In this document: one piece after another, positions 29,893 to 40,269 of the stretch | Position numbering within the stretch: the first letter of the stretch is position 1 | Layout of the letters: every line of letters begins with the position of its first letter | From: Candidatus Poribacteria bacterium | GTDB lineage: Bacteria; Poribacteria; WGA-4E; PCPOR2b | Assembly (NCBI GenBank): GCA_965215015.1 | Contig: OZ244042.1 | Coordinates: 5,792,001-5,856,000 of the forward strand | Length of the DNA stretch: 64,000 nt | Direction: 5' to 3' | Translations under genes and position numbers: made by a program | Notes under the pieces: model-generated | What the model saw: only the letters and a program-made list of their open reading frames with translations | Told to the model about the DNA's origin: nothing | The model's database searches: none

Positions 29893-30879
29893 ATGAAATA
29901 TCGAACATTTGGACAAACGGGTCTCAAAGTTTCAGAGATTGGGATAGGAGCGTTTCCAATCTCTGGCGTGCAACAGCAGACAGATGGCACACAGAAGGGG
30001 TGGACAGGGACCGACGAGCAGCAATCGATCGCACTCATCCATCGCGCGGAAGAACTCGGCGTGAACCTGATTGATTCCGCGGAGAGTTATGGTGCCGGTC
30101 ATAGTGAGGAAGTTCTCGGACGGGCGTTGCAGGAGAGACGGGATAAATGGATTATCGCCACCAAAGTCAGTCCAAACAGCGGCTGGGACGCGAACGATCC
30201 AGATCTACCGACGCAAGCGAAAAAGCGAATCATTGAAGCAGCCGAAGGGAGCCTGAAACGTCTAGATACAGATTACATCGACATCTATCAACTTCATGCC
30301 ATTCCGTTAGAAGGGGCGATGTCCGCTGTCATGGAGACGTTGGCAAAATTGCGGGAGGAGGGCAAGATCCGCTGGTACGGTGTTTCGACCAATGATCGGG
30401 AGGCGATTGATAAACTGCGAAAGTTGGGCGAGATTCACATGCTGCAAATTGGCTACAACCTGCTTGAACGCGATGCAAACGACCTACTTCATTTCGCCAA
30501 GCAGGAAAGTATCGGCACGCTCATCCGCGTTCCGTTGGCGAAGGGGATGTTGACGGGGAAGTATTTCCAGAGCAGTGAAATCCCGAAAGAAGATATACGT
30601 TATGAACGTTTTAATCGGCCGGGGTCAATTGATGCCTTCCAGAAACTGCCGGCACTCGGTTTCCTGGCAGAAAACACGGGACGTACAATGGTTCAAGCAG
30701 CACTACGCTTTACACTTGACCATCCCGGCACCTCTTGCGTCATCGCCGGTGCGAAAACGATACAACAGATAGAACAAAACGTGGCTTCCATCAATGTGCC
30801 ATCTCTCACTGAACCTGAACTTCAAAGGGCATTCGCCATCGCTGACACTATTCAGACGCCCAATTGGAGCGCGAACTGA
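29893..30879 (+). CDS. Aldo/keto reductase
   Basis: DSAESYGAGHSE, IATK, SLKRLDTDYIDIYQLH. Confidence 0.93.
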   Translation: MKYRTFGQTGLKVSEIGIGAFPISGVQQQTDGTQKGWTGTDEQQSIALIHRAEELGVNLIDSAESYGAGHSEEVLGRALQERRDKWIIATKVSPNSGWDANDPDLPTQAKKRIIEAAEGSLKRLDTDYIDIYQLHAIPLEGAMSAVMETLAKLREEGKIRWYGVSTNDREAIDKLRKLGEIHMLQIGYNLLERDANDLLHFAKQESIGTLIRVPLAKGMLTGKYFQSSEIPKEDIRYERFNRPGSIDAFQKLPALGFLAENTGRTMVQAALRFTLDHPGTSCVIAGAKTIQQIEQNVASINVPSLTEPELQRAFAIADTIQTPNWSAN

Positions 30880-30906
30880 TTCAGGGGGAAAATGTGACAA
30901 GCGATC

Positions 30907-32025
30907 CTATTGCTCAAAGCGCGCCAACTGAAATGGGCTTATGTCGAAACCTGTTTGACCCTCAAGTGCCGTTTCCGAAAGTATACGTCCAACAAGGCTG
31001 GCGAACTTGAAACCGTGACCGGAAAACCCAGTCGCTAAGACAAGATTTCCGCAATCCGGGTGTGTGTCAATGATGAAATCTTCGTCGGGCGTTTCTGTGT
31101 AGAGACAAACTTGTGCGAAAAGTGCCTCGCCAGCAGCATCGGGAATGCGGTCACGCATAAAAGAACGGAGGTGCTCGATGTAGGCGGGGTCGGGCGTACG
31201 ATCACACGTATCGGGAGACACCGGCTGCCCCATGCCGTGCCGCGCAACTTTCACGCCCTCACGTCCAAACACGGGAAATCCATACAAAACCTCATTCCAC
31301 GTTACATCAAGGAAAATCGGGAATCTTCCCCGCTGAAACAGACCCGTATCGGTGGGTCGATAATAGACAACCTGCTGCCGCGTTACGGTCAACGGAAGAT
31401 TCAGTTCACTGAGAATCTGTCCAGTCCAACTCCCCGCGGTCACAATCACTTTTTTCCCTCGAAAGCGTTCCCCTTTTGTGATTACTTCGGGATGTGTTCC
31501 CCGCCAGTTAATCTCTACTACCGGCGTATTCTCTCGTACCTCCGCCCCGTGCGCTTCGGCGAGTTGCAGGTAAGTCAAAACACACCCTGACGCATACAGG
31601 AAACCGGTGTCCCTCTGCCACAGAACGTCCACTCCGTCTCCAATCCTGAATTGTGGGAAGCGGTCTGAAAGCTGTCGTTGGTCCCACCACTCGGATTCGA
31701 CGCCGGCGGCATCGAGGCTCAGACGCATATCACGGAGATAATCGTGTCCTTCGGGCCCAATCACCACGCTGCCGGTTGTAAATAGCAGATCCTTCCCCGA
31801 TTCCTTTTCCACTTCCCGCCATTCTGCATAGGCAGGCTTCATCAATTCTGTATAAAATTGCTTCTCGTAGATTAGGCGGATAATGCGATTGTCTCCGTGA
31901 GAGCTGCCGAAGGTATGCCCACGCGAGAATTGTTCCAATACCAGCGTGCCTGCTCCCGCCTTGGCGAGATAATAAGCTGTCGCGCTTCCCATTGCCCCTG
32001 CTCCGATAACAATGGCGTCATACAT
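30907..32025 (-). CDS. solA: N-methyl-L-tryptophan oxidase / monomeric sarcosine oxidase-like flavoprotein
   Basis: GAGAMG, GSSHGDNRIIR, CLYT (flavinylation Cys), GFSGHGFKF. Confidence 0.88.
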   Translation of the reverse strand: MYDAIVIGAGAMGSATAYYLAKAGAGTLVLEQFSRGHTFGSSHGDNRIIRLIYEKQFYTELMKPAYAEWREVEKESGKDLLFTTGSVVIGPEGHDYLRDMRLSLDAAGVESEWWDQRQLSDRFPQFRIGDGVDVLWQRDTGFLYASGCVLTYLQLAEAHGAEVRENTPVVEINWRGTHPEVITKGERFRGKKVIVTAGSWTGQILSELNLPLTVTRQQVVYYRPTDTGLFQRGRFPIFLDVTWNEVLYGFPVFGREGVKVARHGMGQPVSPDTCDRTPDPAYIEHLRSFMRDRIPDAAGEALFAQVCLYTETPDEDFIIDTHPDCGNLVLATGFSGHGFKFASLVGRILSETALEGQTGFDISPFQLARFEQ

Positions 32026-32127
32026 TTCTTTTATCTCCTGACACGGTGATGCGTGAAGTGGAAATTGGGCAATTCAGATTGTAAACCATTTCGTTGACCG
32101 ATCTTCGATTCCTATGTTCCCAATCAG

Positions 32128-32886
32128 TTACTTCATCGAGAATGGTTTGGGGAGTTCATCAAAATTCTTCTCTCTGTTTTCGCCACGCAACAGAATCGTT
32201 GACCAATTATGTCCCAATGAATTCCTTTCAACCTGCCTGACCCAAGGTGGAATGTAACGAATTGTCAATCCACACCGCCGCCGTGTAGATTGGTTGGGCA
32301 GACTTCCGTGAATTAACATGCCGTGATGGATTGAGATTTCGCCCGCCTTCAAAACCAAATCTACAGCATTCTGCTCCTCATCCTCACTGACCGGCACTTC
32401 CTGATCGATACTTAACAAATTTCCTTCCTGTCCGGATTTTCCATGATCCCGAATACCGGGACGGTGGGTGCCAGGAATCACACGCATACAACCGTTTTCG
32501 CAGTCGCTGTCGTCAATCGCATACCATGCGGTAATTGCTTCAGACGGCTCAAGCCCCCAATAGGTTACATCCTGATGCCATGCCACAAACTTTTTTTCGT
32601 CAGGACCATATTTACAAAAGAAGTGCGTTGATAGCATCATAACATCGGGGCCTATCAGGGCTTCGATACAGTCGAGAATCTTCGGATGGGTTGCAATCTC
32701 CCAGATGAACTCTTCGTCAAAATGTCGGTTGACTAATCCGATATGACATTCCTCGCGCCCTAGTCTGGCTTCTAATTCGTCGAACAATTCCCGATGTTGG
32801 GTGGCTTCGGTCTCGTCGGAAATTTGAACTTTTGGAACAAAGCCTTCTGTCTCATAAGCCTGGATTTGTCTTTCGGTGAGGGACAT
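32128..32886 (-). CDS. Phytanoyl-CoA dioxygenase (PhyH) family Fe(II)/2OG enzyme
   Basis: WHQD, NGCMRVIPGTH, HGSLPN, RRCG. Confidence 0.92.
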   Translation of the reverse strand: MSLTERQIQAYETEGFVPKVQISDETEATQHRELFDELEARLGREECHIGLVNRHFDEEFIWEIATHPKILDCIEALIGPDVMMLSTHFFCKYGPDEKKFVAWHQDVTYWGLEPSEAITAWYAIDDSDCENGCMRVIPGTHRPGIRDHGKSGQEGNLLSIDQEVPVSEDEEQNAVDLVLKAGEISIHHGMLIHGSLPNQSTRRRCGLTIRYIPPWVRQVERNSLGHNWSTILLRGENREKNFDELPKPFSMK

Positions 32887-32906
32887 TTTTCGCTCCTTTC
32901 ATCTAT

Positions 32907-33836
32907 CTAGCCGCGATTTGGCACACGCCATTGAGCGTACCAACGGGAATCCCGCGACGGTCCTTCATCATCGCTCCAGCGGGTTTGCATACTTTCAAAT
33001 CCCTTCAATTGTGGACGAACATCGCGTTCCCAGATTTCCTCAATCTGATCAAAGGTGAGCGGCTGACGCTTCCCGCGAAGCGAGGACTCCGATCCGATCG
33101 GAGCCGACGTCAATTCAGCGTAGGTATTGAGAAGTTCTTTCGCCCTGGTGCCAAGCCACTGAACTTCATCGGCAACCATTCGCTCACCAACTTGGCGATC
33201 CGATTCGTGTGCAGTTGGTCCCATAGCAAAGTGGGGCCCCGGCGCATCTTGCTCTGGTAGACGTGAGACATCAACGCAATCCGGCTCCAATGCCCAGAGC
33301 AAGGAGGTCTCGACTTTACCGGCGTGATCGCCTCCGCTTTTACCATCACCATCGAAGCCGGGCTGATTCGCTTCAAAATCGGGCAGACCGTATAGCCGCA
33401 TACCAAAATACGGTTGGAGAATTTCAAGCAAAGTTTTGAGATCTTTCCAGTTGGGACCGTAGTGTCCCGTCAAAAGGAGAGCGGCATGAAATCCCAAGGC
33501 ATCGGCTGCGCGGACATGATAGCAGATATTCTTGAAATGCATCCATGCAGGCATCGCGGTCAGCCACGGACGCACCTCTCCGACGGTTCGATTTGCCCAG
33601 AGTGCATAACCGCCATGTTCGTGGATGTGCCAATAATCAGGTGGAGCAACAATACCGCCGTGCTCACGAGCTGTTCGGCACGCAATCGCATGTGCTTTCA
33701 AAGCATCAAGCCCGACCGCATTCTGGGGACCATGGGGTTCGCACAAACCATAGCAAAAATAGACAACAGGGTGTTCCTCTAACGCAGCTTCCAGTTCATC
33801 GGGAAACATCCGTTCCCAGCGCACTTCTCTTCTCAT
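32907..33836 (-). CDS. Creatininase family amidohydrolase
   Basis: EPHGPQNAVGLD, TGHYG, DHAGKVETS metal ligands. Confidence 0.88.
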   Translation of the reverse strand: MRREVRWERMFPDELEAALEEHPVVYFCYGLCEPHGPQNAVGLDALKAHAIACRTAREHGGIVAPPDYWHIHEHGGYALWANRTVGEVRPWLTAMPAWMHFKNICYHVRAADALGFHAALLLTGHYGPNWKDLKTLLEILQPYFGMRLYGLPDFEANQPGFDGDGKSGGDHAGKVETSLLWALEPDCVDVSRLPEQDAPGPHFAMGPTAHESDRQVGERMVADEVQWLGTRAKELLNTYAELTSAPIGSESSLRGKRQPLTFDQIEEIWERDVRPQLKGFESMQTRWSDDEGPSRDSRWYAQWRVPNRG

Positions 33837-33914
33837 CTTAGTTCCCTTTTACATTATAACCAATGGTGCGAGTTTGCAACTGTTGATACACTCTCCAATC
33901 AAAACAGGCGTGAA

Positions 33915-34280
33915 ACTGACAATAGTAGGCATACAGCGTATGCTGTAACCGTTGTGACTCGGAACGGCACCCCGCCTGCGGTGCCAAGGGACTTCTCCTC
34001 ACTTAGGGGGTGTTGTCCTTTTCCCCGCTAAGCCCCCCTCAGTCCCCCCGCAAGCAGGGACGCAACCCGGTGGGGTGTTCGTCAATTCTAGGCTCAATGA
34101 GCATGGAACTGACACATTAGCAGACAGGGTATTTAGCAGGGAGAAGAAATGCCAGCACGGCGGAGCGTGCCGGCTCCTTTGGGATTAACTGTCACCGTCC
34201 GATTCATCGGGCGGTGAAAGACATCTTCACCGGCGGCGATGAATCGCCAAGGACACCCTGACTATAGCGCAATAGTCAGG
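33915..34280. repeat. Composite array of nested palindromes
   Basis: GTAGGCATACAGCGTATGC, GGCACCCCGCCTGCGGTGCC, CCCCCTCAGTCCCCCC, CACGGCGGAGCGTGCC and CACCGTCCGATTCATCGGGCGGTG in a non-coding gap. Confidence 0.6.
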
Positions 34281-34784
34281 ACTCAACCCATGAACATTGA
34301 ACGACCTTTTCTAGTATTAGCGTTGAGGGGGAAACTCCGTCAGGCCTAAATGTACGAATGAACTCTTGTTTAATGAACCGATGAACTATTGAACGATGTG
34401 AAAACGACAGCGTCACCAACTCGCACCAAAGGTTTATATGCCGACGTAGATACAGTTTCCTGTGGCACTTCCGATATAAAGTTGTATCATTGTTGCCACA
34501 ATCTTTTCGGATTCAATTTCTGTTTGCTACATTTATTTAGACAATTTCGTAAGAATTCCGCTCTGCTTCCACAGAACCGGCTTATGGCATCTTAATTGCT
34601 CATATCAAAGAAAACTATTGCCGAGCAAAATTTTATGCTAACTTAGCAAGTCTGTCAACCACAATCTAACAGGGCGCGGACTTAACAGATGTTGATTTTT
34701 CGCTTGGCAGCGGGTATGTCCTATGATATACTTGACATATCTTGTTGAATCAACCTACGACCATGTACGAAAGGAAGGATAACC

Positions 34785-35408
34785 ATGAACAGACTCGTTC
34801 TCACTGTTATATCCCTGCTGATAGCAGTTACCCTCGCGGGGTGTTACACGCAGATTGGTTACTATGAGCCCCGTTCTCCAACCCGACAACCCTCCTATCA
34901 TCACCAAGATGAACGCCGGCACCAAGACGAGGACGAAAAGATGGAATCCGAGCAAGAGGAACAAGGAGAAGTCGCAGCGGAAGGGGAACCATCTGAATTA
35001 GAAGATGAAGGGTACTACGGACGTCGCAAACCGAGCTACGGTTATTCTGACCGTTACTATCGATCTTACTACGACGACGACTACTATTCCGTCTATCCAT
35101 ACTATGGCGGCTATCATCCCCTGTATCCTTATTACAGGTATTCCTACTATCCGTATTATTCATACTATGGACCCTACCATTATTATGGATATCATCCTTA
35201 CCGGTATCGCTACTCGAAGCGGCTCTCCAAGATTGATGATTTGCATTTTGGTAAGAGACGCTCGCAAAGCTATCGGGGGGTCAGATCCGGTCACCCGTCT
35301 TCAAGGCGTCCAGGTAGGTCATTGAGGGAGGGCGAAGAGAGTCAGGCTCCCGCGCGCAGTTCGTCTGGGTACCGGCGCGACAGATCCCGAAGATCCGGAA
35401 GGAGGTAA
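34785..35408 (+). CDS. Low-complexity Tyr-rich lipoprotein
   Basis: Lipobox LAGC; acidic, Tyr-rich and Arg/Ser-rich blocks; RBS AAGGA. Confidence 0.8.
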   Translation: MNRLVLTVISLLIAVTLAGCYTQIGYYEPRSPTRQPSYHHQDERRHQDEDEKMESEQEEQGEVAAEGEPSELEDEGYYGRRKPSYGYSDRYYRSYYDDDYYSVYPYYGGYHPLYPYYRYSYYPYYSYYGPYHYYGYHPYRYRYSKRLSKIDDLHFGKRRSQSYRGVRSGHPSSRRPGRSLREGEESQAPARSSSGYRRDRSRRSGRR

Positions 35409-35415
35409 CAATCCA

Positions 35416-36705
35416 ATGAGAAGATTGATGAGAATCACCATTGCTTTGGTGTTGATGTTCACCTGCTTTGTGCTTGGGAGCAGCGTCGGAGTTGCACAGG
35501 TGGAAGAAATTGCCATCGGTAATACCTTTGGCCTTGGCGCAAGGACCATGGGGATGGGTGGGGCGTTTCTCGCCGTCGCAGATGATTTCACGACACTGTA
35601 CTGGAATCCGGCGGGGCTCGCTCAGATTAGAAAGTTTGAGCTGTTTGGCAGCTTGTCACATAGTGAGCAGGACGTAGAAACAGAGTTCAACCGCGGGCGT
35701 GCTGCGGAAGCGGACAGATCAAAAACCCATCCCAACTCGATTGGGCTAGTCTACCCTTTATACGCAGCTCGTGGCGGATTTGCGTTCGCGCTCGGATATA
35801 ATCGTCCCCAAAATTTTGATTCGGAGACTGCCGTTAAAGGATTGGATCCGTCTTCTGACTCAGTGTTTAGTGGACTGGATGTGGATGAAACAACCGCTAA
35901 CAGCGGTGGCATCGGTATCTGGAGTTTTGGGACAGGTGTCTTTATATCGAATAATATCTTGCTTGGTGCCTCAATAGACTTTTGGCACGGCTCAAGTTTC
36001 AACGAGCTAAATAGCGCGGCGGAAGACATCAATAGCATTGATGCAGAAATAGAAAGTTTTGCTTTTCACGACACCGTGGATCGAGAATATACAGGACTCG
36101 GTGGCAGGGTAGGCATGCTTGCTTTCGCCGGGGAAAATGTGACGCTCGGTGGGACCATCACGCTGCCGGTAAACCTTGAAGTCAGCGAGGTATGGGAACA
36201 ACAAACCATAGTACAACTCGACGATGGTGAAGAAATTGTGGAGGGTGATAATGGGGCTATCTTATTTGATATTGAACGCCCGTTTGAGTTTGGCGGTGGC
36301 GTTGCTATCAAGCTCTTAGAGAAACGTCTGACGCTTGCTGGTGATGTACAGTTTACAGACTGGACACAGACGGAATACGACCCGGTGCCAGCAGAAGATG
36401 TGCCGCAGAACAACTTTGATCGATTTTATGATAGCACCATACAGGTTCGCGTCGGTGCAGAGTATCGTATCCCGGAAATCGAAACCAATGTACGTGTCGG
36501 CTACTTCCGCGATCCAATTCCGTTCCAAGATAAAGAGATAGACAACAATCGGGACTTTCTGACTATCGGGATAGGTAAGATCTTCGACCAAATTATTAAA
36601 ATTGATATTGCCTACATGCGAGGTTCATGGGAGCAATCAAACAGTTCACTGACAGAAAATCAAACCTCCAATCGGGTGTTCGTATCTGCGGGATATCGAT
36701 ATTAA
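35416..36705 (+). CDS. Outer-membrane beta-barrel, FadL/OmpP1-like
   Basis: GARTMGMGGAFLAVADD and YWNPAGLA; C-terminal aromatic residue (SAGYRY). Confidence 0.85.
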   Translation: MRRLMRITIALVLMFTCFVLGSSVGVAQVEEIAIGNTFGLGARTMGMGGAFLAVADDFTTLYWNPAGLAQIRKFELFGSLSHSEQDVETEFNRGRAAEADRSKTHPNSIGLVYPLYAARGGFAFALGYNRPQNFDSETAVKGLDPSSDSVFSGLDVDETTANSGGIGIWSFGTGVFISNNILLGASIDFWHGSSFNELNSAAEDINSIDAEIESFAFHDTVDREYTGLGGRVGMLAFAGENVTLGGTITLPVNLEVSEVWEQQTIVQLDDGEEIVEGDNGAILFDIERPFEFGGGVAIKLLEKRLTLAGDVQFTDWTQTEYDPVPAEDVPQNNFDRFYDSTIQVRVGAEYRIPEIETNVRVGYFRDPIPFQDKEIDNNRDFLTIGIGKIFDQIIKIDIAYMRGSWEQSNSSLTENQTSNRVFVSAGYRY

Positions 36706-36730
36706 AAGTCGCTATGACGAAGGAAAATTA

Positions 36731-37100
36731 TTGACATACTCCCCAGCCTAAAGGCTTTGAATTCTTACTCATTCCCTGCGAGGCAACTGCTTTAACTTTG
36801 TCAGGTGCCGCATCAGTGCTGTCTTGCCTGCCCGGATATGTGCTGTAGATAGCATAGTATCTGCGACACCAGGCGACAAAGTGATTCCACACTTCAGCGT
36901 GTGTCTCAATCGTTTGTTGCAATTCACGGTTGCCGTGATGGCTATACATCTCGAACTTGTAGATTTTCATCGGAGGGTCTTTCGGTCCTATAGCATGTGA
37001 GGAACACCCCAAGCGACGGTGCAGCATTCCCCCACAAAAGACAAGAAAATTATACCCCATTTTGCGATTGTTCGGTAACCGCTCGAATCTGGTCTTGAGC
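36731..37100 (-). mobile_element. tnpB: IS200/IS605 element with internally deleted tnpB (only about 50 N-terminal codons from 36970)
   Basis: MKIYKFEMYSHHGNRELQQTIETHAEVWNHFVAWCRRYY resembles a TnpB N-terminus. Right end GAATTCAAAGCCTTTAGGCTGGGGAGTATGTCAA. TATAAT at 37049-37054. Confidence 0.75.
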
Positions 37101-37107
37101 GAGAAAT

Positions 37108-37142
37108 AAAAAAGGCGTTGATTCTCAATCAACGCCTTTTTT
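37108..37142. terminator. Bidirectional intrinsic terminator after rplQ
   Basis: AAAAAAGGCGTTGATT-CTC-AATCAACGCCTTTTTT. Confidence 0.88.
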
Positions 37143-37172
37143 CTGCTTTAATGACTTTAATGAATATCCACA

Positions 37173-37526
37173 CTATTCTACTAACTGGATATACCCCATC
37201 TGAGCGGCATCGCTACGTCTCAGCTCACCTCTGATGATACGAGTATATCCACCATTACGGTCTTGATAACGGGGGCCGAGGTCGTCAAATAATTTTTGCA
37301 GAACATCGTGGTCGTGGATGACCTTAGCGGCCTGACGGCGCGCATGTAAATCCCCTCGTTTAGCAAGCGTAATCAGTTTTTCAGCAACCCGCCTGAGTTC
37401 TTTGCACTTTGGCAGGGTTGTACGAATTTGCTCGTGCTCAAATAGTGCGGTGGCTTGATTACTAAACAATGCCTTACGGTGTCCGCTTGTTCTCCCGAGC
37501 TTCCTTCCCATTTTCCGGTGACGCAT
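37173..37526 (-). CDS. rplQ: 50S ribosomal protein L17
   Basis: MRHRK...[18 protein letters not shown]. Confidence 0.98.
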   Translation of the reverse strand: MRHRKMGRKLGRTSGHRKALFSNQATALFEHEQIRTTLPKCKELRRVAEKLITLAKRGDLHARRQAAKVIHDHDVLQKLFDDLGPRYQDRNGGYTRIIRGELRRSDAAQMGYIQLVE

Positions 37527-37557
37527 GATTTTTCATCCTCATTGTATTTTAGGCAAC

Positions 37558-38544
37558 TCAATTATCGTTGCCAAGGGTCATCCCTAAAGAAAGTCCCATG
37601 CCCGAAAGAATATCCTTAATCTCGTTCAGGGATTTTCTGCCGAAGTTACGAAATTTCAACATCTCTTGTTCGGTCTTGACCACGAGGTCTCGGATGGTTG
37701 TAATCTTCGCAGCTTCCAGACAATTGGCAGATCGCACCGAAAGTTCGAGTTCTGCAACAGGCTTCGATAGCCACTGCTCACGCTGGAGTTCTTCCTCATC
37801 AATTTCCTCAACCGGTTCCACATAGGTTTCATCGAAATCGCTAAATAGCTTGAGTTGATCTAACAGAATATCCGAGGCTTGTGTAATTGCTTCTTTCGCT
37901 GTGATGCTTGCATCCGTCCATACTTCTAGGATAAGCCGGTCATAGTTCGTCATGTGTCCAACCCGTGTTTCTTCAACAACGAAATTGACTTTTCTGACCG
38001 GTGAAAACTTGGAATCGACCTGGATAACTCCAATCTGTTGATTGTGAGTTAGATGTTCTTCCCCGAACTCATATCCTCTGCCTCGGCAGACTTGTATGTT
38101 CATATCCAGACCATCGCACTTATCAAGTGTTGCAATATGCTGGTCTGGGTTGATGATGTCAACCTGACCGTTCGGCTGAATATCAGCTGCGGTAACGTTA
38201 CCAGAACCCTCTGCGGATAAAACCAAGGTGACAATCTCATCGGTGTAAACGCGGAATCGAATCTCTTTGAGGTTAAGGAGAACTTGGGTAATATCCTCTT
38301 TCAGGCCGTCAAGCGTTGAAAACTCATGCTTCACTCCATCGATTGCAACGGAAATAACAGCGGCACCTTGAATTGAAGAAAGCAAGATGCGTCGGAGCGA
38401 GTTACCAATAGTCATCCCAAATCCTCGCTCAAGCGGTTCAGCGATAAATTTCCCATAATCAGGCTGCAAGTTATCAAAGTCCGCAACGAGGCGTTTTGGC
38501 TTGGTGATTTCCCGCGTCGGTGTGGCGATTTCCCTCCCTGTCAT
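37558..38544 (-). CDS. rpoA: RNA polymerase alpha subunit
   Basis: [38 protein letters not shown]. Confidence 0.98.
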   Translation of the reverse strand: MTGREIATPTREITKPKRLVADFDNLQPDYGKFIAEPLERGFGMTIGNSLRRILLSSIQGAAVISVAIDGVKHEFSTLDGLKEDITQVLLNLKEIRFRVYTDEIVTLVLSAEGSGNVTAADIQPNGQVDIINPDQHIATLDKCDGLDMNIQVCRGRGYEFGEEHLTHNQQIGVIQVDSKFSPVRKVNFVVEETRVGHMTNYDRLILEVWTDASITAKEAITQASDILLDQLKLFSDFDETYVEPVEEIDEEELQREQWLSKPVAELELSVRSANCLEAAKITTIRDLVVKTEQEMLKFRNFGRKSLNEIKDILSGMGLSLGMTLGNDN

Positions 38545-38572
38545 CTATCTCATCCTCCTACAAGTGGCTGCA

Positions 38573-39199
38573 TTATTTGGAGTAAAGTTCAACGATTAAC
38601 TGTGTTTGGAGGTCTGTGGCTAGTTGCTCAACGTTTGGAAACGTCCTAACAACTCCCTCTTGTTTATCGATATCCAACTCAAGCCAATCTGGTGTACCCC
38701 TGTGTTGAGAACGTTCTAATGCTTCTTGAATAACTGCCACGTTGCGACTTTTCTCTCGAGTTTGAATGACATCACCAGGTTGTATCAGGTAAGAGGGAAT
38801 ATTGACTCTTTTTCCGTTCACAAGGAAATGGTTATGTGTGACGAGTTGTCGAGCCTGCAAGCGTGAATTGGCAAAACCTAAGCGGTAAACCGCATTGTCC
38901 AACCGACACTCCAGTAATGTTAGCAAATTCTCTCTTACAACGCCTTTCTGATGCGCGGCTTTTGTATAGTAATTTTTAAATGGTTTTTCCAAAATACTAT
39001 AAATCCGCTTCGATTTCTGTTTAGTGCGCAATTGGTGTCCGTAATCTTTGACCTTGGGTAGTTTCTGACCATGTTGACCGGGCGGATAACTACGACGCTC
39101 AAATGAACACTTCGGGGAATCGCAGCGTTGCCCCTTCAAAAAGAGTTTTTCACCCTCTCTTCGGCACAGCTTACATACAGAACCTAAATATTTACTCAT
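38573..39199 (-). CDS. rpsD: 30S ribosomal protein S4 (Zn-binding type)
   Basis: [28 protein letters not shown]. Confidence 0.98.
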   Translation of the reverse strand: MSKYLGSVCKLCRREGEKLFLKGQRCDSPKCSFERRSYPPGQHGQKLPKVKDYGHQLRTKQKSKRIYSILEKPFKNYYTKAAHQKGVVRENLLTLLECRLDNAVYRLGFANSRLQARQLVTHNHFLVNGKRVNIPSYLIQPGDVIQTREKSRNVAVIQEALERSQHRGTPDWLELDIDKQEGVVRTFPNVEQLATDLQTQLIVELYSK

Positions 39200-39257
39200 A
39201 CTTTTCTGGTTAAATTTGGACCATTTCCCCCTTTCTTAAAACCCCGATTTTCAAATA

Positions 39258-39650
39258 TTAGACACGACGCCGTTTAGGTGGTCGACAGCCATTATGAGGA
39301 ATTGGAGTAACGTCTTTCATTGAAGTAATTTCTAGCCCAGCTGCTGACAGAGACCGAATTGCGGACTCTCTGCCGGACCCCGGTCCTTTGACCCGTACCT
39401 CAACGCGTTTCATACCGTGTTCCATTGCCTTCCTAGCACAAGCTTCGGCTGTCTGTTGGGCTGCAAATGGCGTGGATTTCCGAGAACCTCGAAAGTTTGT
39501 CCCTGCACTTGCCCACGCAATCGCATTCCCGTTGAGATCGGTAATGGTTATAATTGTATTGTTAAAGGTTGCTTGGACGTGAGCAATTCCTTCAGAGACA
39601 TTCTTTCGTTCTCTCCTCCGTGGACGACTAGAGGAACTTGAATCTCGCAA
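39258..39650 (-). CDS. rpsK: 30S ribosomal protein S11 (TTG start)
   Basis: [33 protein letters not shown]. Confidence 0.97.
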   Translation of the reverse strand: MRDSSSSSRPRRRERKNVSEGIAHVQATFNNTIITITDLNGNAIAWASAGTNFRGSRKSTPFAAQQTAEACARKAMEHGMKRVEVRVKGPGSGRESAIRSLSAAGLEITSMKDVTPIPHNGCRPPKRRRV

Positions 39651-39688
39651 AATGAATCTCCTTTCTGACGCGTAATTCACAAACGGTA

Positions 39689-40084
39689 TTAACCACCCTT
39701 ACGCGCAGCTTCTTTTGCTTTTCTGCCGACCGAGATGGTTTTTGCTTTTCCTTTGCGTGTCCGTGCATTCGTGCTCGTCCGCTGTCCTCGGGCGGGTAAT
39801 TGCCGCCGATGGCGTAATCCACGATAACTATTGATATCCATCAACCGTTTGATATTCAACTCGATTTCGCGTCGTAAGTCTCCTTCGACCTTGTAATCTT
39901 GGTTAATCGTTTCTCTTAATCGGCTGATTTCAGACTCATCAAGATCTTGGGACTTTTTGGCGGGATCGATTTGTAAATCCTCGACCATTTTTGAAGCGGT
40001 ATGGTGCCCAATCCCATAAATATAGGTTAAGGCAATGTCGATTCTTTTCGTTCGGGGTAGATCAACACCAGCAATTCTTGCCAT
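39689..40084 (-). CDS. rpsM: 30S ribosomal protein S13
   Basis: [24 protein letters not shown]. Confidence 0.98.
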   Translation of the reverse strand: MARIAGVDLPRTKRIDIALTYIYGIGHHTASKMVEDLQIDPAKKSQDLDESEISRLRETINQDYKVEGDLRREIELNIKRLMDINSYRGLRHRRQLPARGQRTSTNARTRKGKAKTISVGRKAKEAARKGG

Positions 40085-40116
40085 GCTTTTTCCTCCTTAC
40101 ACGCTAGATAAAGTGT

Positions 40117-40233
40117 TCAACCCTGTCTTTGCTTATGCTTTGGATCTGCAGGGCAGATCACACGAATAACACCTTTTCTTTTAATTATTTTACACTGATT
40201 GCACATTTTCTTTACTGAGGAACGGACTTTCAT
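40117..40233 (-). CDS. rpmJ: 50S ribosomal protein L36 (Zn-binding; absent from the ORF track)
   Basis: Translated by hand: [38 protein letters not shown]. Confidence 0.97.
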   Translation of the reverse strand: MKVRSSVKKMCNQCKIIKRKGVIRVICPADPKHKQRQG

Positions 40234-40269
40234 GATTTCTCCTGTACTGGAAAATGAACCCTATTGGAT

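Noticed and set aside
33915-34400. CRISPR array
   Set aside because: The palindromes are heterogeneous, with no regularly spaced identical repeats and no cas genes.
36728-37132. 134-aa ORF as a real protein
   Set aside because: It is a chance read-through of terminator, leader, tnpB fragment and right end.
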